DNA from: Bacteriovoracia bacterium
GTDB taxonomy: Bacteria; Bdellovibrionota; Bacteriovoracia; Bacteriovoracales; Bacteriovoracaceae
Direction: 5' to 3'
DNA length: 38,804 nt
Assembly: GCA_046570105.1 (NCBI GenBank)
Contig: JBKHVI010000024.1
Coordinates: forward strand, 1 to 38,804
Both the position numbers and the translations under genes were made by a program. The notes under the pieces are model-generated. The model saw only the letters and a list, made by a program, of their open reading frames with translations, had not been told where the DNA came from and made no database searches. Shown here piece after piece: positions 18,472-26,060 of this stretch. How positions within the stretch are numbered: position 1 is the first letter of the stretch; each line of letters starts with the position of its first letter.

Positions 18472-19122
18472 GTGAAAAAACATCGAGACGCGCTAGAAAG
18501 AATCCGCCGAGACCTCGAGGCCCACGATTTAGTGGACTCTGACGTCCAGCGGGCCTTTGACCTTTTAAAGGCCCAGATTGCAGAAATTCCCGAAACTAAG
18601 ACGATGGCTGACGGCAATCTTCCTGCGCCTTTGGAATTGAAAGATTTTAATGAAGGATTGGCGCTCTTTACCGATGGTGCTTGCCGCGGAAATCCCGGAC
18701 CTGGCTCATGGGCCTGTGTCGCCCAAACAGCTGACGGAACGATCCAATTTGAAAGTGCCGGCCATGAGGCCTTGACCACCAATAACAAAATGGAAATTCA
18801 GGCCGTCATCGGTGCATTTCATCAATTAGAGCAGCATCTGCTGTCTCATCCCTTTGTGCACCCTAAACCCGTACTGCTTTTTACTGACTCAAAGTATGTG
18901 GTGGATGGGCTTAATCAATGGGTGCCAGGATGGAAGGCCCGCGGTTGGAAGAAGGCCGATGGCAAGGCCCCAGAGAATTTGGAATTATGGCAGGAACTCG
19001 AGCAGCTTAAATTGAAATTCCCTGAGCTCAAAGTGGGATGGGTCAAAGGCCATAACGGTCATCCGCAAAATGAGTACTGTGATCGCTTGGCCAATCGCCT
19101 GCTTGATGATGAAGGTTTTTAG
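18472..19122 (+). CDS. rnhA: Ribonuclease HI with ~60-aa N-terminal extension
   Basis: TDGACRGNPGPG, TTNNKME, TDSKYV, WVKGHNGHPQNEYCDRLA. Start uncertain (GTG 18472 or TTG 18466). Confidence 0.93.
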   Translation: MKKHRDALERIRRDLEAHDLVDSDVQRAFDLLKAQIAEIPETKTMADGNLPAPLELKDFNEGLALFTDGACRGNPGPGSWACVAQTADGTIQFESAGHEALTTNNKMEIQAVIGAFHQLEQHLLSHPFVHPKPVLLFTDSKYVVDGLNQWVPGWKARGWKKADGKAPENLELWQELEQLKLKFPELKVGWVKGHNGHPQNEYCDRLANRLLDDEGF

Positions 19123-19903
19123 TTTTCTTTTTTTTATTTGGGCCTCTACGACCTTTGCTTGTGAACTCAAAAGCGAAACGGTTTCCTTGTCGGCCCCTAT
19201 CACCGGAGTTCTAGAAGATCTCAAGCTTCTAAGCGATAAAAACCTTATTGCGATTTCCATGTTTCATCCCCTTAAAGATGAAACCAAAATTGAGCGATTA
19301 GGCGGAGGATTATTTCTCTCGCAAAAAAGTCTTAAACGTTTTCAAAAGATGACTATATTCTTTGATGAGTCGGGAGAAATGAAAAGACGTTTGACTGAGG
19401 CACAAATCGCAGGGGTGATTGAAGTCCAGACGAGAAGTCTTGATCCTTTTGAAGTCGTTGAGCGTGCTATTGTAAAGCTCACACCTTTTCTCAAGAACTG
19501 TGATGTACAATTGAGTGCTCTTAAAACTCATTATCTCAGCGAAAAAGACTGGCTACTTCAGCAGACTGCTTTTAAAAATCCCATGTATTTTTTCTTAGGT
19601 GAGATGAAAGAAAATAATTGGCCCGATTTATTGATGGTTCAAGATGGACCGGTTTTATTTTGGATAAAGCATAAAAAAATTCAAACGATTGAGAGTCCCT
19701 TGGCCTACGTTCGATGGGGAGAGAGATGGAAGAAGTCACTGACTGAAAACAGTCAGCTGATTGGATTGATTCATACTTCTGACGCTAAGAAATTTACTGT
19801 TGAAAAAAAGACTTACTGGAATGTCACGAGTGCCGGGGCCTTAACTCCTGGCCCCTGGCAGATTCGTTTTATGCGAAAGTTTGTTGAGTCTCAGAAATTC
19901 TAA
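19106..19903 (+). CDS. Exported protein, BtuF/class III (cobalamin/iron-chelate) substrate-binding-like
   Basis: Signal peptide MMKVFSFLFFIWASTTFA, VSLSAPIT (cf. VSLSPxxTE), C-terminal TPGP. Matching ATPase and permease at 22439-23916. Confidence 0.6.
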   Translation: MMKVFSFLFFIWASTTFACELKSETVSLSAPITGVLEDLKLLSDKNLIAISMFHPLKDETKIERLGGGLFLSQKSLKRFQKMTIFFDESGEMKRRLTEAQIAGVIEVQTRSLDPFEVVERAIVKLTPFLKNCDVQLSALKTHYLSEKDWLLQQTAFKNPMYFFLGEMKENNWPDLLMVQDGPVLFWIKHKKIQTIESPLAYVRWGERWKKSLTENSQLIGLIHTSDAKKFTVEKKTYWNVTSAGALTPGPWQIRFMRKFVESQKF

Positions 19904-20556
19904 TAATGCAGAATCGATTTCTCGGTATAAAACCAACATTCAGGTCTATCAAGTCCTTTGAAGCCAGCCACTAAAGTATCAAGTCGACACTGAGGAGAAG
20001 GATAGCCAAAAAAGGTTCTCTCCACCTTGGTTGAATCCGGTGTTGCGAGATCAGGTGATGGTTGCATCAAATTTTGGGCATACATTTGCGTCAAACGAAG
20101 AGCAGTTTGATAAGGGCTGTGTAAAAGATGACCGCAGTTTTTGGCCGACCAATAATCCGCCTGACCCTCACAAGATGACCAACCATTGCGTGATGCTTTG
20201 GGAGTGCCACCTAAGTGATGGCCGAGTTCATGGCAAAGAACCAGGAGAACTTCATCATCGGTTAAGTCCGGATGTTGAAGAAGACCGCCATAGATATGAA
20301 TTTGCCAATGATTTCCCTCGCGAGACGCCATCGCATTCACTCGTGGATCTTCCCATTTTGAAATAACACTGAACTCAGGAGCAGGTTTCGGGAGATGAGT
20401 TTGGGCATTTTCTTGAAAGCGATCCAATGTTTGGTTGATTTCAAGAAAACGCGGGCCTGCCATCTTTTGATGAGACTGAATTATGGGAGCAGGATTTGGG
20501 AAAAAAGAGGCGAGGGCCGTGTTAAGGCCCCCGACAATTAGCAGACTTAAGATCAT
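19900..20556 (-). CDS. Secreted zinc metallopeptidase (M48-like), paralog of 34324-35217
   Basis: Signal peptide; VNAMAS, CHELGHHLGG, EGQADY, QCRLDT, RPECW. Confidence 0.82.
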   Translation of the reverse strand: MILSLLIVGGLNTALASFFPNPAPIIQSHQKMAGPRFLEINQTLDRFQENAQTHLPKPAPEFSVISKWEDPRVNAMASREGNHWQIHIYGGLLQHPDLTDDEVLLVLCHELGHHLGGTPKASRNGWSSCEGQADYWSAKNCGHLLHSPYQTALRLTQMYAQNLMQPSPDLATPDSTKVERTFFGYPSPQCRLDTLVAGFKGLDRPECWFYTEKSILHY

Positions 20557-21272
20557 TCTAAATTCACTAGGCTATTCACCGAGCGTCCATCAATAGTGCG
20601 ACTCATAAGAAGAACTTTTGAATGACTGAACTCACTTGGGTCAAAGCGCACTGGAATTTCCAACGGAGTGAGTTTCATGGGACAGAATTCACGCACCTTT
20701 TTCATTATCGGCATGATCGAAACAGTGTCTTTTCCATTTGAGCGGTATTCAACACGGTCAAGCTCAAGGCAATCACTTGGATTCCAGCCGACAAGGCGAG
20801 CATCACCAAAACCACCACCAGTAAAGCCTAGCTCAATATAATTAACCATCGCATAGATATGATCATCTTGGTTTTGAGAAGTCGCTTCTACAATTGTGAT
20901 TTTATCTTTTAATTCGAAGGCGGTGCCTTCGTTAACCACGATCTTGTAATCGCCACCTTGGAGGTTGCCCACCACGATATCTTCCTTGAAAGGAACAATC
21001 ATCGCAGCACACAAGTTTGCTTTATCTTCTTTCACAGAAGCAGTGATGGTTACTTTAATGGTGTCATCAATCACTTTCACTTTAACACCGCTACGATTGT
21101 AGCAAGGGTTAGGAAAGTGGCCTGTGACAACGATTTCAACGTTATCGTTATTATCAAAGCCAGCAGGAACGAAGACGTGATCAACCGGCGCATCTATCAC
21201 GGCCGGAGCTTGGGCCAGAGCCGTTGTAGCAGGTCCAAGAATGAGCGCGAGTAGTAGAGATGCAGTTTTCAT
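20553..21272 (-). CDS. Secreted hypothetical protein, two beta-rich domains each with a Cys pair
   Basis: Signal peptide MKTASLLLALILGPATTALA; PAGFDNNDNVEIVVTGHFPNPC; repeated C...C..M pattern. Coupled to the peptidase by a 4-bp overlap. Confidence 0.8.
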   Translation of the reverse strand: MKTASLLLALILGPATTALAQAPAVIDAPVDHVFVPAGFDNNDNVEIVVTGHFPNPCYNRSGVKVKVIDDTIKVTITASVKEDKANLCAAMIVPFKEDIVVGNLQGGDYKIVVNEGTAFELKDKITIVEATSQNQDDHIYAMVNYIELGFTGGGFGDARLVGWNPSDCLELDRVEYRSNGKDTVSIMPIMKKVREFCPMKLTPLEIPVRFDPSEFSHSKVLLMSRTIDGRSVNSLVNLE

Positions 21273-21274
21273 AA

Positions 21275-21309
21275 ATTCTCCTCATGAATGTTGTAGTCAC
21301 GAAGAGAAT
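21275..21309 (-). promoter_or_regulatory. SD-sequestering hairpin upstream of the gene starting at 21272
   Basis: mRNA AUUCUCUUCGUGA pairs with UCAUGAGGAGAAU (13 bp including 2 G-U). Confidence 0.55.
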
Positions 21310-21332
21310 CTATCGCTGTCTTAAAAGAGTTG

Positions 21333-21374
21333 AACCTGACGACAAGCAGCTTGGGGCATGATTGTCGTCAGGTT
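21333..21374. repeat. Perfect 13-bp inverted repeat with 16-nt spacer (terminator, stabiliser or operator)
   Basis: AACCTGACGACAA / TTGTCGTCAGGTT, 2 nt after the M48 stop codon. Confidence 0.7.
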
Positions 21375-21376
21375 AT

Positions 21377-22393
21377 TTATGCTTTTTTACCGTATTGAGC
21401 GGCGAGCTTTTTCATTTTTTCAAATTGTGTCGTGCTGATGATGGCACCAGTTTTAAGTGGCTCAACTGCGGCCATTTGTTTCATTTGCTTCACGCGACCT
21501 TCTGAAGGTGGATGAGTGCTCATAGCATCAGTCAAAGAGGCGAGGATTTTGTTTCCATCACCTTTGGCTTTCTTCTCCATCTCGAGAAGTTTTGAATAGA
21601 AAGTTCCAACGTGATCACGATGATAACCGGCCGCGACTGAAGTTCTAAAGCCAATACGATCGGCTTCCATCTCGTCTTCACGTGAGTTCGCCATAAATGC
21701 GTATTTCTGAATCAAAAGACCACCACCGGCCCCGGCAGCGGCACCGTAGAGCGCAGCTTTCTGTAAACACTCATTGTCTTTAGGCTTACACAGCATACGG
21801 CCTAAACCAAAACCAGCGGCTCCACCTAGAAGTCCACCTACCGCACCGTAGAGAAGTGTTTTCTTCTCAGCCGCTTTCGCTGCTTCCATACGTTCCGCAG
21901 TATGACGGGCCTTGATATGGCCAATCTCATGGCCAATGACACCGACGAGTTCGGCTTCTGTCTCTGCCATCGTGATGAGAGGAGCTGTTACCATCACTGT
22001 GCCAGCTGGAAGAGCAAAGGCATTGACGTAATTTACATCAACCGCTGTGAAGCTATAGGTGTAGGGATTGTTGTTGAGATTATTCGCGCGAACGACTTTC
22101 TGACCTAAAGAGTTGATGTAACTTTGTAATTCGCTATTTTGAATCGCTGGATAGTCTTTACGCATTTTCGGAAGAACTTCGGCGGTCATTTTCTTTTCAT
22201 CGGCTGGAGTCATCGCCGTTTTCTGGCCACGGTTATCACCTTCACGCAGACGTTCTTTGTTAGACTTCGTAGCACAAGCACCGGCCAAGAGTAGGGGGAC
22301 GGCCTGCAGAAAAACCCGTCGACCCATTGAAGTTGAGGTTAACTCTTGTAGGGCCTTCTCGAGTTCGATCTCATTATGATTAACAACTGACAT
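21377..22393 (-). CDS. M48 family (BepA/LoiP-like) zinc metalloprotease, probable Tat lipoprotein
   Basis: VNAFALPAG, GHEIGH, SREDEMEAD, STHP; GRRVFL twin-arginine motif and LAGAC lipobox. Start 22393 with GGAGG SD. Confidence 0.9.
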   Translation of the reverse strand: MSVVNHNEIELEKALQELTSTSMGRRVFLQAVPLLLAGACATKSNKERLREGDNRGQKTAMTPADEKKMTAEVLPKMRKDYPAIQNSELQSYINSLGQKVVRANNLNNNPYTYSFTAVDVNYVNAFALPAGTVMVTAPLITMAETEAELVGVIGHEIGHIKARHTAERMEAAKAAEKKTLLYGAVGGLLGGAAGFGLGRMLCKPKDNECLQKAALYGAAAGAGGGLLIQKYAFMANSREDEMEADRIGFRTSVAAGYHRDHVGTFYSKLLEMEKKAKGDGNKILASLTDAMSTHPPSEGRVKQMKQMAAVEPLKTGAIISTTQFEKMKKLAAQYGKKA

Positions 22394-22438
22394 AGATTCT
22401 TCCTCCGCTAGTTCACACATTGTACGAGGGACTCTAGA

Positions 22439-23056
22439 ATGTTGGAAGAACTTATGCTGCACGTAAAAATAACAGATTCGATTCTCCATGACCGACTGCG
22501 CTGGCAAGTCGACGCCCAACTCGCATTTGGTGTGTGTCATCATGTTATGGGCCCTAATGGCGCCGGGAAAACGACGTTTTTAGAAGAACTTAAACTTCAT
22601 TGGAAAACGCTTTTTCCGACAGCTCTTCTTGGGTTTTGTGACCAAGCACCGCTGGCGCCCTTTCAAGACTTAACCGTGGAAGCAGTGATGAATCTGGTGT
22701 GGGATATCACCGATGGCCGTCATGAAACTAAGCACTGGCGCGATCTCAGTGGTTGGCAGGATGTTGAGGCGTTGAAACTTTTGCCACGTCTCGTCTCTCA
22801 GCTTTCGGGCGGAGAAAATCAATGGGTTAAAATTCTCATGATGCGCTCACTTCAAAGTGATGTGTGGATGATGGATGAACCTTTTCAATCGCTCGATCAA
22901 AATCGCCAAGAGAATTTGTTGAATCTATTACAAGCTTGGATTGCCAGTGGAAAAACACTTATCTTAGTTCATCATGGTGAAGTGAAAATCAATCCCAAAA
23001 AATCCTGGCAACTTGATTGTGCGGCTTTGGGTGTTCAACTCAGGGAGCTACCATGA
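22439..23056 (+). CDS. ABC transporter ATP-binding protein (iron-chelate/cobalamin type)
   Basis: Walker A GPNGAGKTT, signature LSGGE, Walker B MMDEP, H-loop LVHH. Confidence 0.88.
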   Translation: MLEELMLHVKITDSILHDRLRWQVDAQLAFGVCHHVMGPNGAGKTTFLEELKLHWKTLFPTALLGFCDQAPLAPFQDLTVEAVMNLVWDITDGRHETKHWRDLSGWQDVEALKLLPRLVSQLSGGENQWVKILMMRSLQSDVWMMDEPFQSLDQNRQENLLNLLQAWIASGKTLILVHHGEVKINPKKSWQLDCAALGVQLRELP

Positions 23057-23916
23057 GTTGGGAGTGGGATGTATTTCGTTTTATCTCAGCGCTCTTGGCC
23101 GGTGGTTTACTTTGTTTTGCTGGTTCACTGGTGCAACTGACTTCTCGTAATGAGTTAGCCTCTCCCAGTACACTTGGAATGGATGGCGCAGCCGTTTTAA
23201 TGGTGATGTTCGCTTATGGTTTAGAGACTTTTAATTTTGTGTCTCTTCCGCTGAGTGCGCTGGCTTTTATATTGGGCTGTCTCTTTATGGCCGTAATTCA
23301 TTTTAGTTCTCAAAAGAAAGATCATCTCGCCTCTGGTGATTTTCGATATGTGCTGCTTCTAGGCTTAGGCCTAAATCTTTTAGTCGGGTCGATCTTTGCC
23401 GTCATGCAATTTATGGCGATGGCTTTTAATCGAGAATTTCCCGAACAACTTTGGTTTGGTCGCATGAGCACGCTCAACTCATGGGGAGTTGGATTTCTCA
23501 TTCTCGTTATGGTCTTGCTGTTACGATTTGTTATCTATTACCGACGTCACTGGAAAGCTTTGCTTTTAGGCCGTGGCTGGTGCCGTGGTTTGGGAGTTCC
23601 AGTAGAGAAGATGGCCCATGAAGCTTTGATACTCGCTTTCCTTTGTACACTTTGGGTGGTCACTCATTTTGGCGTCTTCTCTTTTTTGGGATTATTATTT
23701 CCTTTGGTTTTGCGTCAGATTCCTCGTTATAAAGGGGAGCCATGGCGCGAGATGACAGACGGAGCCGTAGGGGCAGGACTCGTTTTTGCACTGCTTGATC
23801 ATGCTTGCTTCAATCTTACCTTTCACGGCTCCGAGATTCCCGTTGGATTGCCGGCCGGAGTTCTTGGTGCAGCTGCGTTAGTAGGATTATTGTGGAGACG
23901 TGCTCAGAAAGCTTGA
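23053..23916 (+). CDS. FecCD/BtuC-family ABC transporter permease
   Basis: Q..SRNELASPSTLG..GA, GV motif, FLGLLFP, EIPVG; many TM helices; ATGA overlap with the ATPase. Confidence 0.88.
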   Translation: MSWEWDVFRFISALLAGGLLCFAGSLVQLTSRNELASPSTLGMDGAAVLMVMFAYGLETFNFVSLPLSALAFILGCLFMAVIHFSSQKKDHLASGDFRYVLLLGLGLNLLVGSIFAVMQFMAMAFNREFPEQLWFGRMSTLNSWGVGFLILVMVLLLRFVIYYRRHWKALLLGRGWCRGLGVPVEKMAHEALILAFLCTLWVVTHFGVFSFLGLLFPLVLRQIPRYKGEPWREMTDGAVGAGLVFALLDHACFNLTFHGSEIPVGLPAGVLGAAALVGLLWRRAQKA

Positions 23917-23940
23917 ACGTCGTTGGCAACTTCCTACAAT
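23913..23940 (+). promoter_or_regulatory. Candidate sigma70 promoter for fkpA
   Basis: TTGAAC-16 nt-TACAAT. Confidence 0.55.
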
Positions 23941-23991
23941 GGGTTTAACCTAAACCTCATAACTTTTAACCTTTCCAAAGGATTGATCAGG

Positions 23992-24726
23992 ATGAAACTC
24001 AAAGCCATCAGCTGGCTCGCGATTGGAGCAGCATCTTTGGTGCTTGTCGCTTGTAACAGCAATGACCCAAGCAGTATTAAAATCGAAAGCGAAGACGACA
24101 AAACGTTCTACGCTATGGGACACATGCTCGGCTCAAACCTTCAACGTTTGAACCTCTCTGATAAAGAGTTGGGTTCACTCTACAAAGGTCTTGCCGCTTC
24201 AGCTAAAAACCAAAAAGCCGAAGTTGATATGGCGACTTATCAGCAAAAAATCCAAGGCCTCTTTAAAGAGCGTATGGATAAAGCTGCTGTTAAAGAAAAA
24301 GAAAGCGGAAAGTCTTTCTTGGAAAAATTCAGCAAAGAAGACGGTGTTAAGACGACAGCTTCTGGCCTTGCATACAAAGCCATCAAAGAAGGTACTGGCG
24401 CTACTCCAGGACCTGAAGACACAGTTGAAGTTCACTACCACGGCACACTTGCTGACGGCACAGTGTTCGACTCATCTGTTGAGCGCGGTCAAACCATCTC
24501 TTTCCCACTTAACCGTGTAATCAAGGGTTGGACTGAGGGTCTTCAATTGATGAAAGTTGGCGGCAAAACTAAGTTTGTTATTCCTGCTGATCTTGCTTAC
24601 GGCGACACAGGTGCTCCTCCAAAGATTCCAGGCGGCGCAACGCTTGTTTTCGAAGTTGAGCTCTTCAAGGTTTCTAAAGGCGAAGCTCAAGCACCAGCTG
24701 CGAAGCCAGCTCCTAAGAAGAAGTAA
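23992..24726 (+). CDS. fkpA: FKBP-type peptidyl-prolyl isomerase (FkpA/Mip), lipoprotein
   Basis: LVAC lipobox; [45 protein letters not shown]. Confidence 0.95.
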   Translation: MKLKAISWLAIGAASLVLVACNSNDPSSIKIESEDDKTFYAMGHMLGSNLQRLNLSDKELGSLYKGLAASAKNQKAEVDMATYQQKIQGLFKERMDKAAVKEKESGKSFLEKFSKEDGVKTTASGLAYKAIKEGTGATPGPEDTVEVHYHGTLADGTVFDSSVERGQTISFPLNRVIKGWTEGLQLMKVGGKTKFVIPADLAYGDTGAPPKIPGGATLVFEVELFKVSKGEAQAPAAKPAPKKK

Positions 24727-24739
24727 TTTTTCGATCTCT

Positions 24740-24771
24740 AAGGGCCGGCTTTATGCCGGCCCTTTTTTTTT
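24740..24771 (+). terminator. Intrinsic terminator after fkpA
   Basis: AAGGGCCGGC-TTTAT-GCCGGCCC followed by T9. Confidence 0.9.
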
Positions 24772-24785
24772 GTGCTGAAGGATCT

Positions 24786-25253
24786 ATGCTGCTACTAAAA
24801 AAAATGAGTGAAGAAGCTTACGAGCGTTTCACTGCTCTCTCGATGAAAGATTTTGCTGAGGCCAAAGCACGTGCTGAGCGATTAAGTCTCGAAGAGGGAC
24901 AAAAAATCGCTGAGTCGGCCTGGAAATCGCTCTTGCCGCAAGGACAAGTTACAGAATTACATCATTTCTTTAGCGCATTCAGAGACAACATCGAAGTCGG
25001 CATGCTCTGGTTTAAAGAAGAGCGTAACTGGGAAACACCTTACGGCTATCTCTATCAAGTCTGGATTTGGGATGAGTTTCAAGGGCAGGGACTTGGTAGA
25101 GAGTTGATGAAAGCTCTCGAAACTGAGCTACTGTCTCGCGGGCTAAAGCGTTTACGTCTACACGTTTTTTCTTTCAACGAGCGCGCCGTGAAACTCTATG
25201 AGTCGATGGGGTTTGAAACGACGAATTTAGTGATGGTGAAAGAGCTCAAATGA
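24786..25253 (+). CDS. GNAT family N-acetyltransferase
   Basis: FQGQGLG acetyl-CoA motif and LHVFSFNERAVKLYESMGF. Confidence 0.9.
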   Translation: MLLLKKMSEEAYERFTALSMKDFAEAKARAERLSLEEGQKIAESAWKSLLPQGQVTELHHFFSAFRDNIEVGMLWFKEERNWETPYGYLYQVWIWDEFQGQGLGRELMKALETELLSRGLKRLRLHVFSFNERAVKLYESMGFETTNLVMVKELK

Positions 25254-25976
25254 TTAGTGAAGATCCAATAGATAATTAAAGATAGTATTGCCTGGTGAAA
25301 GTTGTGCCAAGTGAGAAACAAACTGACGCAGTATTTGATCCTCTTTTATTTTAATTCTTAGACCTTCTAATTCACTGACTCCGCCAATCCCAATTCCTTG
25401 TAATAGAACTCGTGTTAACAGCGGATTGATTGAATCCGTTTTATTCAACAAGACAAGGATCGGTTCTGCGACTGCTCTCCCGTTTTGATCAATAAGCACC
25501 TGTAGACCTGAAAGATAGCTTGTTTCAAAAGACTGCAGGCTTTGAAAATGAAATGGAATAAGTTCAAAAAGATCTGCTCTTCCATGCCGAGCGATTTCTA
25601 TAAAAAGATTTGCGATTAATGTAGAGGGCTCATTTTCAATATAGAGTATTAATTCTTGAATCGAGAGTTGATCGAATGATATTTGTTCAAAGCGAGGATC
25701 ACGATAAAGAAGGCGAAGTTTAATTCCCTCATTATGAAGTGTGAGAGTGATTAGTTTTTGAGGCAGCTGAGGGGAGTGTGCCTGAAGACGCCACAAAGGA
25801 GTTGCAGGTTTAATGGGGAGGAACACTTCGAAATTATTGTCTTTAGAAAAGTGTACAGTCTTTTGATAGGTTAGCTCGTTTATCTGGATTTCAAAATCGT
25901 ATGGGCGCTGAGCCACGGCTAACGAACAATAAAGACCCAAAAGTGTGATTAATAGAAGACGCATAGATCTAACCAT
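25254..25976 (-). CDS. Secreted hypothetical protein, divergent from the putative toxin operon
   Basis: Signal peptide MRLLLITLLGLYCSLAVA (alternative start 25964); beta-rich N-terminal half and helical C-terminal half. Confidence 0.7.
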   Translation of the reverse strand: MVRSMRLLLITLLGLYCSLAVAQRPYDFEIQINELTYQKTVHFSKDNNFEVFLPIKPATPLWRLQAHSPQLPQKLITLTLHNEGIKLRLLYRDPRFEQISFDQLSIQELILYIENEPSTLIANLFIEIARHGRADLFELIPFHFQSLQSFETSYLSGLQVLIDQNGRAVAEPILVLLNKTDSINPLLTRVLLQGIGIGGVSELEGLRIKIKEDQILRQFVSHLAQLSPGNTIFNYLLDLH

Positions 25977-26060
25977 ACTCCATCTCTATTAGGAGACTTA
26001 GGAGTATGGAAATATTACAGAATTGGCCCTCTTCATTTCTGCCCCCCCTATACTTCCTTC

